Shown here: piece by piece, positions 10,567-20,855 of the stretch
Numbering within the stretch: the stretch's first letter is position 1
How the letters are laid out: every line of letters starts with the position of its first letter
Assembly: GCA_050950825.1 (NCBI GenBank)
Contig: JBMNIH010000004.1
Span: 416,001-480,000 of the forward strand
Length of the DNA stretch: 64,000 nt
Direction of reading: 5' to 3'
Origin: Clostridia bacterium
GTDB lineage: Bacteria; Bacillota; Clostridia; JAAYHZ01
The notes under the pieces: model-generated
What the model saw: the letters and a program-made list of their open reading frames with translations, nothing else
Databases searched by the model: none
What the model was told of the DNA's origin: nothing
Translations under genes and position numbers: made by a program

Positions 10567-11792
10567 CAAAACTTCGAACGGTCATAAACGGAATGCGATT
10601 AATCGGAATTCTCTTAATCATAAGTACAATGCTTGGCTGCAGCTCGGACTTTTTTCCGATTAAAAGAGAAATCGATCAAACTGAAATGGTTCAGCTAATG
10701 ACTATCGATAAATGCAATGAAACCGGACTCGTGGAGGTAGCGGTTGTAAACAAGACGGGAATGGAAACCGGGGGAGGTGAAGGTGCAAGTCAAGAAAATG
10801 AAAGGATTAACGTATTATCGGGTATCGGAGAAACCGCATATGAAGCGGTGCGAAATTTAAAAGCACATTCGGATAAGGTTGTGTTTTTCTCTCATCTGGA
10901 ATACTTCATCATCGGTGAAAGTGCGGCTAAAGAAAATTTCGGAAAATATTTCGACATAATTAGTCGAGATCCCGAATTAAGGTTCACATCGAAGATATAT
11001 ATCGCCAAAGAATGTATGGCCAAAGACCTCGTTCATGTCACATTGGCACAGGATAAATACATCGTCGATCGCTTAAAAAATATGGAGGATGACGAAAGAG
11101 TTTTAGGCAGAAACTCCGAGGTGAGCATTATTGAAGTGATACAGATGCTCAACACTCCTAACATCGCTACGGTTATACCGGCTCTTCGTCGAAGCGAAAT
11201 ACAAGAAGAAATATCAACGGAGTATCTGCCTTTTTATGACTTGGCAACAGCCGGGTATGCCATTCTTAAGGATTTTCAGCTTCACGACTACATTGAGGAA
11301 TCGTCAGCTCGGGGATATAACTTTGTAGTAAATAAAGTGAAATCAACACCTATCAGCGTTAAGGACCATACCGGAGAATATGTGGCTTTGGATTTGGTGG
11401 GAGCCGAAACAAAGGTAAAGGGACATTTCAAGGGAAAGAAATTGACAGGCGTTACTTTTGAGACGTATGTACAAAGCAATATCGGGGAACAACATTCAAG
11501 GGTTAACTTAATTACAAAAGAAAGATTAGCGGAGATTAAAGAAAAACAAGAGAAGATTATAACCGAGGAAATGGAAAAAGTCATTAAGTTTAGCCAAGAG
11601 ATCGGCACGGATTGTATTGAACTGGGCAAGAGATTGAGGATGCGTTATCCATTTAAATGGGATCATATCGAAAATGAATGGGAAAAAATATTTCCGGAGA
11701 TTGACATCAAGGTTAAAGTCATAGCCAAAATCAATCGAACTTATGAAATCAATAAACCGAGCGGATATGAATTGGAGCAATACGAAAAATGA
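10563..11792 (+). CDS. gerKC: Ger(x)C family germination lipoprotein
   Basis: Lipobox MLGC, FFSHLEYFIIGE, RDPELR. Coupled to the A subunit. Confidence 0.85.
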   Translation: MTKLRTVINGMRLIGILLIISTMLGCSSDFFPIKREIDQTEMVQLMTIDKCNETGLVEVAVVNKTGMETGGGEGASQENERINVLSGIGETAYEAVRNLKAHSDKVVFFSHLEYFIIGESAAKENFGKYFDIISRDPELRFTSKIYIAKECMAKDLVHVTLAQDKYIVDRLKNMEDDERVLGRNSEVSIIEVIQMLNTPNIATVIPALRRSEIQEEISTEYLPFYDLATAGYAILKDFQLHDYIEESSARGYNFVVNKVKSTPISVKDHTGEYVALDLVGAETKVKGHFKGKKLTGVTFETYVQSNIGEQHSRVNLITKERLAEIKEKQEKIITEEMEKVIKFSQEIGTDCIELGKRLRMRYPFKWDHIENEWEKIFPEIDIKVKVIAKINRTYEINKPSGYELEQYEK

Positions 11793-11995
11793 GTTTTTTA
11801 ATTATGTTTTTAGTAGTAGGCATTGTCGGTTTTTTCGATGTAAAGAATATGGTGAACTCCGGATTGAAGAAGGAATTGATTGTTTACAGCATATTCCTCG
11901 GTGCGACCGTGATTTTTGCTACTCTTTATCTTAAGAATCCTTTACGTCGTACGATCTTAGATATGATATTGGACCTTTTTCAAGTGAGTTGGTGA
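11789..11995 (+). CDS. Small membrane protein, probable germinant-receptor D subunit
   Basis: 68 aa with two hydrophobic segments, overlapping the gerKC stop inside the ger operon. Confidence 0.6.
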   Translation: MSFLIMFLVVGIVGFFDVKNMVNSGLKKELIVYSIFLGATVIFATLYLKNPLRRTILDMILDLFQVSW

Positions 11996-11998
11996 AAT

Positions 11999-13087
11999 AT
12001 GCTGCAAAGTAAAAATCAAATCACCGTTCGACAATTGATGATCATGTTTTGTGTATCCATATTTTCGCCGGCTATAAGACTCATGCCCGGTATCGGATCG
12101 GAGCTAGGCCGCGAAGCGGCGTGGGTTTCTCCGATCCTGTCATCTGCCGTTTTATTCACGCTATTTCTTGTTTTGGAACGGCTCTTTAAAAACAAAAAGT
12201 CAAAAGATATCATAGAAGTGTATGATATGGTTTTAGGAAAGTTTTTTTCTTATCCTCTCCGTATCTTCTACCTCTTTTGGACGTTTATCTTGTACTTTCT
12301 GTATATACGATACTATGCGGAACGACTTTTAACTTCAATTTTTCGAACGACGGATATAAGATTCTTTATCTTGGTCATGATGATTGTTGTCTTTATGGCC
12401 TTGAGAGGGAAATTCGAGACTTTCGCAAGGTTTTGTGAAATATCCTTTTTGCTATTCAATCTGATTACCATTATATTCTTTATTTTATTAATCCCGTCGG
12501 TACGCATTGAAAACATATACCCGCTTACACATAACGATATTGTACCTGCTTTAAAATCCACATACCCGGTGCTGGGGTTGTGGGGTTATGTTACATTTTT
12601 TATGCTCTTAGGAGACAATGTAAAAGATAAAGAGCAAATAAAAAATCACCGAAGATTTTTTACCTTGTTTCTTGCTATCATAACCTCATTGATGCTGATA
12701 TTTATTATCGGAACGCTTGGACACATGACGGCCAGACGTATGCCGCTTCCTTTCTTTAGTGCCACGAAGATGATCGTATTCGCGGAATCTTTGGACCGTT
12801 TGGAATCCATTCTCCTTTCCATATGGGTCGTATCGGACTTTATAATCATAACTTCTTTTGCTTTTATGATAATGAACTCGATGAAAGATATATTCAAAAT
12901 TTCTGCCGACAAATACCTTTCTTTCCCCGTAGTTCTAGCCGGTTATTTCGGCAGTCTCTTTTTTACCGGAAGCCGATTCGAACTGGAAGTGTTTTCGGAA
13001 AAGATCGGATTGCTTGTCAATATTATATTAGGCTTTGCCGTTCCCTTTATTGTCTTCGGTATTGGAAAATTACGAAAAAAAGTTTGA
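11999..13087 (+). CDS. gerKB: Spore germination receptor B subunit (GerAB/GerKB permease)
   Basis: About 10 TM segments, AAWVS, DRLES motif, operon context. Confidence 0.85.
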   Translation: MLQSKNQITVRQLMIMFCVSIFSPAIRLMPGIGSELGREAAWVSPILSSAVLFTLFLVLERLFKNKKSKDIIEVYDMVLGKFFSYPLRIFYLFWTFILYFLYIRYYAERLLTSIFRTTDIRFFILVMMIVVFMALRGKFETFARFCEISFLLFNLITIIFFILLIPSVRIENIYPLTHNDIVPALKSTYPVLGLWGYVTFFMLLGDNVKDKEQIKNHRRFFTLFLAIITSLMLIFIIGTLGHMTARRMPLPFFSATKMIVFAESLDRLESILLSIWVVSDFIIITSFAFMIMNSMKDIFKISADKYLSFPVVLAGYFGSLFFTGSRFELEVFSEKIGLLVNIILGFAVPFIVFGIGKLRKKV

Positions 13088-13093
13088 GATAAT

Positions 13094-13108
13094 GGGGACG
13101 GTTCTCAA
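13094..13108 (+). repeat. REP-like 15-mer copy
   Basis: Exact GGGGACGGTTCTCAA, 6 bp after the gerKB stop. Confidence 0.8.
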
Positions 13109-13220
13109 TTTTATTTGTATTAACCGAATGAATTCTATATAATAAAATGTAACATTACATGAATTTGGAATAACTAGTCCGAAAATTGAAGGGCATGTCA
13201 TGTGCGGAGGAGTTAATCCA

Positions 13221-14336
13221 ATGTCTTTTTCAAAGGAGGAGTCTATGAATATTAATGTTACGATTGTCAGAGAAGGTTTTGATGGGGTTACATGTTACGC
13301 ACAGTCGAGAATCGGAGCGGCCGACCAAGAGGGAAAGCACTTAGTGCTCACAACACAAAAACTCATCTTAGCCGGCAGCGATACATACAAGCCGATTGAA
13401 AGCGCATATTCATTAGACGGCGGAAAAACATGGAGTTCTCTTGTCCGGCAAGAAAAGCTGGAGCCGGAAAACCGAATTTTGTGTGATTTCGTACCTGCTT
13501 ACCATCGAAGGACCGGAAAACTGTTAGGCACCGGAGGTTCGGTAACATACAAATCTATAGACCCTCCGGTATTGGATTTGACTCAGCTTCAAAAACCCTT
13601 TTATTCGGTTTACGACGAGCAAAAAAACGAGTGGGGGAAAGTGAAGACGGCATTGGACTATAACAGGGAAGAGTGCAAGGGATTTACGTTTGCCTGTATC
13701 CGTAGGTTCGAATTGGATAACGGAGACATACTGCAGCCGACTTACGGAAAATACGATACGGGAAGCCAAAAATCCTCCGTCAAGGTTTTTAAGTTCGGTT
13801 TTGACGGTGAGGAACTTGTCATGAAAGACGAGGGGAATTTGTTGTCCTGCGAGGAGGAGAAGAGAGGTTTAGGTGAACCGTCTATTGTATATTATAGCGG
13901 TATGTATTACTTGACCATTCGTGCCGACAGCCAAGGATACGTATCTCGCAGCGAAGACGGTCTTCATTTTGACGAACCTGTCGTATGGAAATGGGATACC
14001 GGATATACGGTACCGACCTACAACACCCAACAAAACTGGGTTGTACGGCATGATGGTTTGTATCTGGTCTATACGAGAAAAGACGGAAAAAACGACCATG
14101 TTTTCCGTAATCGCGCTCCCTTGTACATGTGCAAGGTCGATGCCGATCGTTTATGCCTTTTGAGAGCAACCGAAAGAGCGATTACTCCCGAACGAGGTGC
14201 AAGAATGGGTAATTTCGGTGTTACACACATTTCGGATCATGCGTCCATTGTCGTAACGACCGAATGGATGCAACCGCTCGGATGTGAAAAGTACGGCAGC
14301 AATAATGCCATCTATGCGGTCTATATTACCGACTAG
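13221..14336 (+). CDS. Sialidase-like/BNR Asp-box beta-propeller protein
   Basis: Asp boxes SLDGGKTW and SEDGLHF, GLGEPS, RNRAPL. Alternative start 13245. Confidence 0.7.
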   Translation: MSFSKEESMNINVTIVREGFDGVTCYAQSRIGAADQEGKHLVLTTQKLILAGSDTYKPIESAYSLDGGKTWSSLVRQEKLEPENRILCDFVPAYHRRTGKLLGTGGSVTYKSIDPPVLDLTQLQKPFYSVYDEQKNEWGKVKTALDYNREECKGFTFACIRRFELDNGDILQPTYGKYDTGSQKSSVKVFKFGFDGEELVMKDEGNLLSCEEEKRGLGEPSIVYYSGMYYLTIRADSQGYVSRSEDGLHFDEPVVWKWDTGYTVPTYNTQQNWVVRHDGLYLVYTRKDGKNDHVFRNRAPLYMCKVDADRLCLLRATERAITPERGARMGNFGVTHISDHASIVVTTEWMQPLGCEKYGSNNAIYAVYITD

Positions 14337-14371
14337 GGGTATGCTTTGAGAAATAGGAGGGGGGTTGGAAA

Positions 14372-14890
14372 ATGAGTTTTTTGGATCTGGCATGGAAAAG
14401 AAGAAGTGTGCGAAGCTTTAAAGAAGATGATATCCCTATGGAGATTATCAATGAACTTCTTGAGGCTGCGCGCAGTGCACCAAGTGCAGGCAACTATCAG
14501 CCGTGGCACTTCTATATAATAAAAGACAAGGCGCTAAAAGAAGGTCTATGCACGGCAGCATATCAACAAAACTTTATGCTGTCTGCCCCGGTTCATATCG
14601 TCGTTTGTGCCGATTTAGTCAAAAGCGCAGTAAGATACGGAGTAAGAGGTACCAATCTATATGCGATTCAAGATACGGCGGCAGCCATACAAAATCTGCT
14701 TCTATATGCAACGGAGAAAGGACTTGGTACATGCTGGTGTGGTGCTTTTGACGAGCAAAAAGTATCCAAGCTTTTGAATTTAAAATCGGAAAGACCGGTG
14801 GCCATTATTCCAATCGGTTATCCCAGAAATCTGTCCGCAAAAATGCCGCGAAGATCAATTGAAGAAATAAGCACCTTCATCGGTTTTTAA
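14372..14890 (+). CDS. Nitroreductase family protein
   Basis: RRSVR, APSAGNYQPW, GLGTCW, IPIGYP. Confidence 0.92.
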   Translation: MSFLDLAWKRRSVRSFKEDDIPMEIINELLEAARSAPSAGNYQPWHFYIIKDKALKEGLCTAAYQQNFMLSAPVHIVVCADLVKSAVRYGVRGTNLYAIQDTAAAIQNLLLYATEKGLGTCWCGAFDEQKVSKLLNLKSERPVAIIPIGYPRNLSAKMPRRSIEEISTFIGF

Positions 14891-14928
14891 GGCGACGAGA
14901 AATAACAAAAACATAGAGCATATTAAAA

Positions 14929-14956
14929 AAGGCTGCTTTTTGAATCAAGCAGCCTT
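14929..14956. terminator. Intrinsic terminator between convergent genes
   Basis: AAGGCTGCTT/AAGCAGCCTT stem with an A-tract on the left and pyrimidines on the right. Confidence 0.7.
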
Positions 14957-14978
14957 CCTTTATATATTGATATATTTC

Positions 14979-16052
14979 TTAACGTTTTACTCGAGCGTTT
15001 CCTGCATAGATGCTCCAAACCTGTTCTTCGTCGGCAGGTTGTGCATAGTCGGTTAAGAAGGTGGTAGCCATTGCACCGGTTGCCCATGCAAACTTAATCC
15101 ATTTTTCCGGTTCCCAATCCTTTAAGATGGAATACAGCAATCCGCCGACAAATCCGTCGCCGCCGCCGATGCGGTCAAGAACGTAAATTTCTCTGGGCAT
15201 TTCAACATACCATGTGTCATCAACCAATAAAATGGCACCCCACAGATGGTTGTTTACGCTGATAACTTCTCTTAACGTTGTTGCGAAGACGGATGCATTG
15301 GGGAATGCCTTTTTGACGCGGGTAATCATTTCCTTGAAGTTTTCGATCTTAGCCGCTATATCTTTTCCGCCTGCTTCCGGTCCTTCGATACCAAGGCAGA
15401 GCTGGTAATCTTCTTCATTCCCGATTAATATATCAGAAATGCTTGCAATTTCCGTAAATACTGCACGAAGCTCTTCTTTACGGCCTTCCCAGAACGAAGC
15501 TCTGTAGTTTAGGTCAAAGGAAATACGTGTACCGTACTTTTTCGCAGCGCGAGCTAATTCCAAGCAGAATTGGCTTGTTTCGGGAGACAATGCAGCAATC
15601 AATCCGGACATATGCACGATTTGTGCGCCTTCTTGGCCGAAAATTCTATCAAGATCGAAATCTTTAACGTTCAACGTGCGTCCTACTTCACCGGCACGGT
15701 CGTTATGAACTCTCGGACCTCTTGTGCCGTAGCCGCTGTCTGCAATATTGAATTGATGACGATAACCCCAAGGACCGCCTTGCGGTACTTCCTTGCCTTC
15801 GAAATCCATATTACGGCTTCTGAGATTGCTCTTTATGAACTGAGCGATCGGGCTTCCTTTTACGAATGTGGTGAGAACTTTTACGGGAAGTCCGAGGTAA
15901 GAAGAAATACTTGCTACATTGGTTTCTGCACTGGTTGCCTGCATAATATACGTATCGCTGCAGTGAACAGGTTGTCCATTGATCGGGGTGATACGTACAC
16001 CCATACTTGTGGGAACGATTAATGAATAGGTAAAGTCTTTTCTTAATTCCAT
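14979..16052 (-). CDS. kdgK: PfkB sugar kinase, 2-keto-3-deoxygluconate kinase-like
   Basis: SFDLNYRASFW, GNEED, DRIGGGDGF. Confidence 0.75.
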   Translation of the reverse strand: MELRKDFTYSLIVPTSMGVRITPINGQPVHCSDTYIMQATSAETNVASISSYLGLPVKVLTTFVKGSPIAQFIKSNLRSRNMDFEGKEVPQGGPWGYRHQFNIADSGYGTRGPRVHNDRAGEVGRTLNVKDFDLDRIFGQEGAQIVHMSGLIAALSPETSQFCLELARAAKKYGTRISFDLNYRASFWEGRKEELRAVFTEIASISDILIGNEEDYQLCLGIEGPEAGGKDIAAKIENFKEMITRVKKAFPNASVFATTLREVISVNNHLWGAILLVDDTWYVEMPREIYVLDRIGGGDGFVGGLLYSILKDWEPEKWIKFAWATGAMATTFLTDYAQPADEEQVWSIYAGNARVKR

Positions 16053-16266
16053 AGTTTCAAACCTCTTTTTTTATAATTTTTCTGCTCAGGTCGGCATTAA
16101 ATGCCAACTTCCCTACCTTAATAGTATGATACAAAACCTCTTATGTCAATCATAAAAAGAGTATCTACAAGATTGAGAGCGCTTTAAAGAGCTATTTGTC
16201 TATTTTAAACTTTTATTTATGTATCATACACTCTTGTTCGGTCATATACGAAAAGTCGCCTTATTC

Positions 16267-17643
16267 CTATGCCGTAATAACGGTAGAATTTTCTGCGTCT
16301 TTTTTGTATACTTTTTTTCGCAAGAATAAGAAGGTTATGATATGACCGATGGAGGTTAATCCCCAAGTGACAGGATAGCATAAAAAGAGTACGACTACTG
16401 TCGGATACCAAGCGAATACCGTTGCCAGCCAAACAATTCGCATCAAACAAACGCCTACAAGAGTGACGACCATAGGCAAGAAGGAATAGCCCATGCCTCG
16501 AATTAAGCCCGGATACACGTTCATCAAGCCACCGGTAAAATAAGTAATCATCATGACTTGAAGTCTTTTCATTCCCAAATCGATTACATCCGCTTCGTTG
16601 ACATATATGCTTAAAAGACTTCTTCCGAATAGAAGTGTAGCGCCTCCTACCACAATCCATGTGGCGAAAACAAGCAATGTGCAAATCTTAGCGATACTGT
16701 CGATTCTTTTATATTTTTTTGCACCCATATTTTGACCTGCGAATGTTATGGCTGCGTTATAGTAAGCATTTGAGGTTGTACCGATAAAACCTTCGATATT
16801 GCTGGATGCGGTGCTTGCGGCAACCATGGTAGAGCCGAAGGAATTGACAGCGGATTGAATTAAGATATTGGACACGGAAAACAAGATATTCTGTATCCCT
16901 GCAGGTACACCTATTCTTATAATATCGATAAGTTTATTACGGTCAATACGTAGTTGAGTCGGTATAAATTGAATATGACTATGGTTTTTCATTAAACTGA
17001 GAAGAATCAGAGCCACCGATATATATTGGGAAATGACGGTAGCCCAAGCCACACCGTCCACTGTCATATGGAGTACAAGAACAAAGAAAAGATTCAGTAT
17101 AACATTGATGACTCCGCTGATGGATAGGTAATACATGGGTCTTTTACTGTCCCCTGATGCACGGAGTATGGCTGCACCGAAGTTATATACCATATTGGCC
17201 GGCATACCTAAAAAGTATATTTTCATATATAAAGTAGAAAGGTGTATGATATCGTCCGGTGTTCCCATATACTCTAACAGAGGCTCACAAAAAAGGAGAC
17301 CTATTACCATGACGAAAAAGCCTCCAATGATACTGATTGCTATGGAAGTATGGACCGAATCATGAATGCCTTTGTAGTCTTGGGCTCCGAAATTTTGTGC
17401 AACGACCACACTGGTTCCGACCGATAATCCCATAAAAATGTTGACCAAAAGGTTGATCAATGCCCCGGTTGCACCAACTGCCGCTAAAGGTTGTTTACCT
17501 GCAAACTGACCTACGACGATCATATCGGCGGCATTAAATAAAAGCTGAAGCAAGTTAAGGGCCATAATGGGCAAGGCAAATAGCAGAATCTTTCCGAAAA
17601 GAGGTCCGCTACCCATATCCGTATCACGGTTGCGTGAAAACAT
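16267..17643 (-). CDS. MATE family efflux transporter
   Basis: FALP..QLLFNAAD..VG, LRASGDSKRP, GVAWATVISQ, GQNMGA. Confidence 0.93.
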   Translation of the reverse strand: MFSRNRDTDMGSGPLFGKILLFALPIMALNLLQLLFNAADMIVVGQFAGKQPLAAVGATGALINLLVNIFMGLSVGTSVVVAQNFGAQDYKGIHDSVHTSIAISIIGGFFVMVIGLLFCEPLLEYMGTPDDIIHLSTLYMKIYFLGMPANMVYNFGAAILRASGDSKRPMYYLSISGVINVILNLFFVLVLHMTVDGVAWATVISQYISVALILLSLMKNHSHIQFIPTQLRIDRNKLIDIIRIGVPAGIQNILFSVSNILIQSAVNSFGSTMVAASTASSNIEGFIGTTSNAYYNAAITFAGQNMGAKKYKRIDSIAKICTLLVFATWIVVGGATLLFGRSLLSIYVNEADVIDLGMKRLQVMMITYFTGGLMNVYPGLIRGMGYSFLPMVVTLVGVCLMRIVWLATVFAWYPTVVVLFLCYPVTWGLTSIGHIITFLFLRKKVYKKDAENSTVITA

Positions 17644-17850
17644 AAGAAAATCCCTTCTTTTTTATGTAATCGTTATACGCCTATGAATGCATTTCTTGAT
17701 ATACACTCTCACAACCGCATATCTATAAAAAGACTACCAAGAAGCGTTGTTTCACAGAGCAAAATGTATTGTTTATATTATACCGGATTGCAAGATCGGA
17801 TTACAGGGGGATCGATTAAGGTCTTGAAGATGGTTAAGAAATAATCGATC

Positions 17851-18894
17851 CTATATCCGCCATTCAAACACATTAATGAGCTTTTGCCCTTCTCCGTAAA
17901 GATCATGCCATTCCGGTAAGGGTGCCAATCGGATGAATTTGGCACCAAGGTTTTCACAAGTTTTTTTCGACGCAATATTCGTATGGTTGTTAGTGATAAT
18001 CACCCTATCCATACCGTGAGCACGTATGACCGGAACGATAAGTCGGCATGCTTTCTCCGCATAGCGGTTTCCTCTGTATTTTTTATCTACGGCATACCCA
18101 ATATGACCTGAATAGTAAAGGTTTTCGTTGTAACCTACTCGAAAATTGACTCCGCCGATCCTCTTACCTTGTATACGAATATCAAATTCATATCCGGGAA
18201 CTCTCTTTTTTTCCGGAATTCCTTCCTTTTTTTCTACACAGACCACTTCAATATTACCGTCGGTCATAGCAGGAACATCAACAAAACCGTTGAAGGTGAC
18301 AGGGAGGGAATTGTAGTATCGAATTTCATGCGCGATTTTCCATTCCACATACTCTTTTGCCGTTTTATTAATAAATTTTTCGATAAATTTGGGCGAAAAT
18401 TCTTTGGATCGTTTGGTTTTCGTTTCTTTATGCCATCGGTGGTTTCTTTCAATAAAGTTTTTACACTCTTGGGCTGTGGCTCCCGGAATATTCCCGTATT
18501 TTGAAACGTCGCATGCAGATATGGCTTCCCATATTGAACTTGCCCAATCGGTATGATGGTATGCATAGCTGCTGGCCTTTCCGATTTCTTCCCGATATTT
18601 TTGGACCCATTCGCCTTTGGTTTTACTGATAAAAGCGTCTCTTGCTTTTAGGTCCCATTTCCAATCCAAATAAAGATGCATTAGGATTCCTTCCGCGAAA
18701 GAGTCGGTAGGGTCGATTTTACGGGCAAGGTCGTCTAAAGCGTCGCGTCGATTCTCGAGATTTCGAAAGTGTGTCAAATCTTTTTTCTTCCAATCCGAAA
18801 CGGCGTCCGGGGCAATGTTACCTAAATAATACAGAACATCTCCGTTCGGATTTATTTTATGTGCCATCATCAGATGCATCATTAAGCCGGACAT
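17851..18894 (-). CDS. Fusion: Zn-dependent phospholipase C-like domain plus GNAT acetyltransferase
   Basis: N-term MMHL..YYLGNIAPD..THF..MHLYLD; C-term GHIGYAV..YRGNRYA..NIASKKTCENLG. The ORF-track start at 18969 lies inside the repeat; ATG 18894 is preferred. Confidence 0.65.
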   Translation of the reverse strand: MSGLMMHLMMAHKINPNGDVLYYLGNIAPDAVSDWKKKDLTHFRNLENRRDALDDLARKIDPTDSFAEGILMHLYLDWKWDLKARDAFISKTKGEWVQKYREEIGKASSYAYHHTDWASSIWEAISACDVSKYGNIPGATAQECKNFIERNHRWHKETKTKRSKEFSPKFIEKFINKTAKEYVEWKIAHEIRYYNSLPVTFNGFVDVPAMTDGNIEVVCVEKKEGIPEKKRVPGYEFDIRIQGKRIGGVNFRVGYNENLYYSGHIGYAVDKKYRGNRYAEKACRLIVPVIRAHGMDRVIITNNHTNIASKKTCENLGAKFIRLAPLPEWHDLYGEGQKLINVFEWRI

Positions 18895-18954
18895 AAATTT
18901 AAAGCTTCTCCTTACCTTTCCGATTACGCTGTAATCCTTTGTATTATACCATAG

Positions 18955-18969
18955 GGGGACGGTTCTCAA
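18955..18969 (+). repeat. REP-like 15-mer copy
   Basis: Exact GGGGACGGTTCTCAA. Confidence 0.8.
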
Positions 18970-18988
18970 GCTTTCATTTTTTAATATT

Positions 18989-19022
18989 GAAGGCAGCTTT
19001 TTAAACCTTAAAAGCTGCCTTC
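18989..19022. terminator. Hairpin, likely terminator of the cupin gene
   Basis: GAAGGCAGCTTTT/AAAAGCTGCCTTC 13-bp stem. Confidence 0.6.
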
Positions 19023-19050
19023 GAGATCTTCTTGGTTTTTAATTTTTGAT

Positions 19051-19602
19051 TTACTCCTTATGATTTTCTTCCGGTTTAATGCTTTGTACCGTACCGTAAG
19101 GATGTTGTGGAGGCGCATAAATGGAATACAATTTCATGGGTATGCACCCGGTATTTAATATATTATGCCATTTTCCTGCAGGCACGATTATGATATACCC
19201 TTCTTTAACGTTTTTTCGGTAATACAGGTCATCTTCATGATCTCCCATAAGCACAAGACCTTGGCCTTGCTCGACACGTAAAAATTGGTCCAAATGGGGG
19301 TGGACTTCAAGACCGATGTCATCTCCTATATTGATGCTCATTAATGTTACTTGGAGATGTTTACCTGTCCACAAGGCTAGACGGAAATTTTCGTTTTGCT
19401 TTGCTGCTTGTCGGATGTTTATAACGAACGGGTCCGGTCCGTAATCTTTTAAATCATATTTCGGTATGGGATGGCTATAGAAGCATAAGGGCATAAACAT
19501 CCATAAGGAGGAGGGGTAGCAATACGGGTTATAAATTTGCATTCCCTGAGCACATGGACAATAATAAGAATTTTCATATGGCATCATATTGTTATCAAAC
19601 AT
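19051..19602 (-). CDS. Cupin domain protein with Tyr/Cys/Pro-rich N-terminus (probably sporulation-related)
   Basis: DYGPDPFV, LWTGKHLQVTLMSI, IGLEVH, PAGKWHN, YSIYAPPQH. Confidence 0.85.
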   Translation of the reverse strand: MFDNNMMPYENSYYCPCAQGMQIYNPYCYPSSLWMFMPLCFYSHPIPKYDLKDYGPDPFVINIRQAAKQNENFRLALWTGKHLQVTLMSINIGDDIGLEVHPHLDQFLRVEQGQGLVLMGDHEDDLYYRKNVKEGYIIIVPAGKWHNILNTGCIPMKLYSIYAPPQHPYGTVQSIKPEENHKE

Positions 19603-19643
19603 ACTGCAATATCTTCCCTGAAATAATACATTATTATGTTTAC

Positions 19644-19671
19644 ATAATATGAAGGCCTTATGAGATTGGTG
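19644..19671 (-). promoter_or_regulatory. Possible SigK-type promoter of the cupin gene
   Basis: Minus strand CACC-N16-CATATTAT matches mACm-N16-CATAnnnT. Confidence 0.4.
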
Positions 19672-19738
19672 TTTGTACAAGGGAAGAAAATTAGCAATAG
19701 AGAATGAAAGCAGAATTAGTCAAAGCCGATCTGTGCAT

Positions 19739-20692
19739 CTACAAATGCTCGATAACGGTTTTTATCGATTGCTTTTTCAGTAAGGAAGATAAAATATTTC
19801 TACACTTGGGCATGTTCATCATTTGAAATCCTTTTTTATTTAGCCGTGCTATTTGCGACAAAGTCAGATTACCGATTATTTTACCGATTTCCTTGTATCC
19901 TAAGTTGCATAAGCATCGAATTAAGAAAACGGCAACGGCTTTCATAGGAGTAAGGCTTCGATCGTATTTCACCTTGATTAAATCCGTATCCGGTATGCCG
20001 AATTCTTCGGCAACGGTGTGCAAAACGGTTTCCGGATCCAAATCACGCTTGTATACGGTTCGTTCGCTGCGATACTCGTAGGCAGGTTTATGTATAAATT
20101 CATCAATCCTTTCAAAAAGCTTTTGGTCGATTACAACTCTTCCAAGTCTCGACACGAATTCTACGTACCGCTTTAACGCCTCATCGGGCTTATGATGAAA
20201 CTTTGACAAAATGTATTCTTTATCGACCAGTCCGAATTCGTCTTCCTTTTGTCCGATGTATATGCCGTAAGAGGAAAACGGATAGTCCCGGACACAATCT
20301 CGATATCGTGATATGTCTTTCGGATTGTTATGAATGTACGCAGATACTACCAATTCATAACGCTCGTTCTCAATCACAACATTTTTATATCGGTCTTGAA
20401 ACAAGGGACCTAAGCGTTTGTATTTCCGATTGTAGTACAGAACATAGCTTAAGTTGAGGCCTTGCATAAATTTGGACATGTCACAGCCTTGAGGATCAAA
20501 ATGAATGTGCACGTGAGTGTCCATAAGACAATAAGCCAAAATTTTGCATTGGTATTTTCTTTGGTATTTTGCCATGCGTTTTAAATATTCTCTTTTGTCT
20601 TCATCGTCTCGGAACAATTTTATCTCGCTGATACTCCTGCACATAATGTGATGAGTCGCTTCAGGATTTTTCCTTCGTGCTCTTCTTGCCAT
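19739..20692 (-). CDS. REP-associated tyrosine transposase (HUH/Y1, RAYT-like) with C-terminal HTH
   Basis: MARRAR N-terminus, LAYCLMDTHVH (HUH), GPLFQDRY, AYIHNNP (catalytic Tyr), YPFSSY, C-terminal YKEIGKIIG helix-turn-helix. Confidence 0.88.
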   Translation of the reverse strand: MARRARRKNPEATHHIMCRSISEIKLFRDDEDKREYLKRMAKYQRKYQCKILAYCLMDTHVHIHFDPQGCDMSKFMQGLNLSYVLYYNRKYKRLGPLFQDRYKNVVIENERYELVVSAYIHNNPKDISRYRDCVRDYPFSSYGIYIGQKEDEFGLVDKEYILSKFHHKPDEALKRYVEFVSRLGRVVIDQKLFERIDEFIHKPAYEYRSERTVYKRDLDPETVLHTVAEEFGIPDTDLIKVKYDRSLTPMKAVAVFLIRCLCNLGYKEIGKIIGNLTLSQIARLNKKGFQMMNMPKCRNILSSLLKKQSIKTVIEHL

Positions 20693-20820
20693 TTATTTTC
20701 CTCCTGATTAGGGAAGACTTACAATGAACAATATATCAATAATAAGAACATAAAAATGCTTTTAACATGAAATGAGTTTATTTTTTCGACTTTTGATGAT
20801 TTTTGTCGATATAGAATCTG

Positions 20821-20835
20821 TTGAGATCCGTCCCC
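20821..20835 (-). repeat. REP-like 15-mer variant upstream of the transposase
   Basis: Reverse complement GGGGACGGATCTCAA, one mismatch to consensus. Confidence 0.75.
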
Positions 20836-20849
20836 TCATCCGGTACAAT
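20821..20849 (+). promoter_or_regulatory. Putative sigma-A promoter of mutY
   Basis: TTGAGA-N17-TACAAT with the -35 supplied by the repeat; ATG 6 nt downstream. Confidence 0.55.
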
Positions 20850-20855
20850 TTTGGA

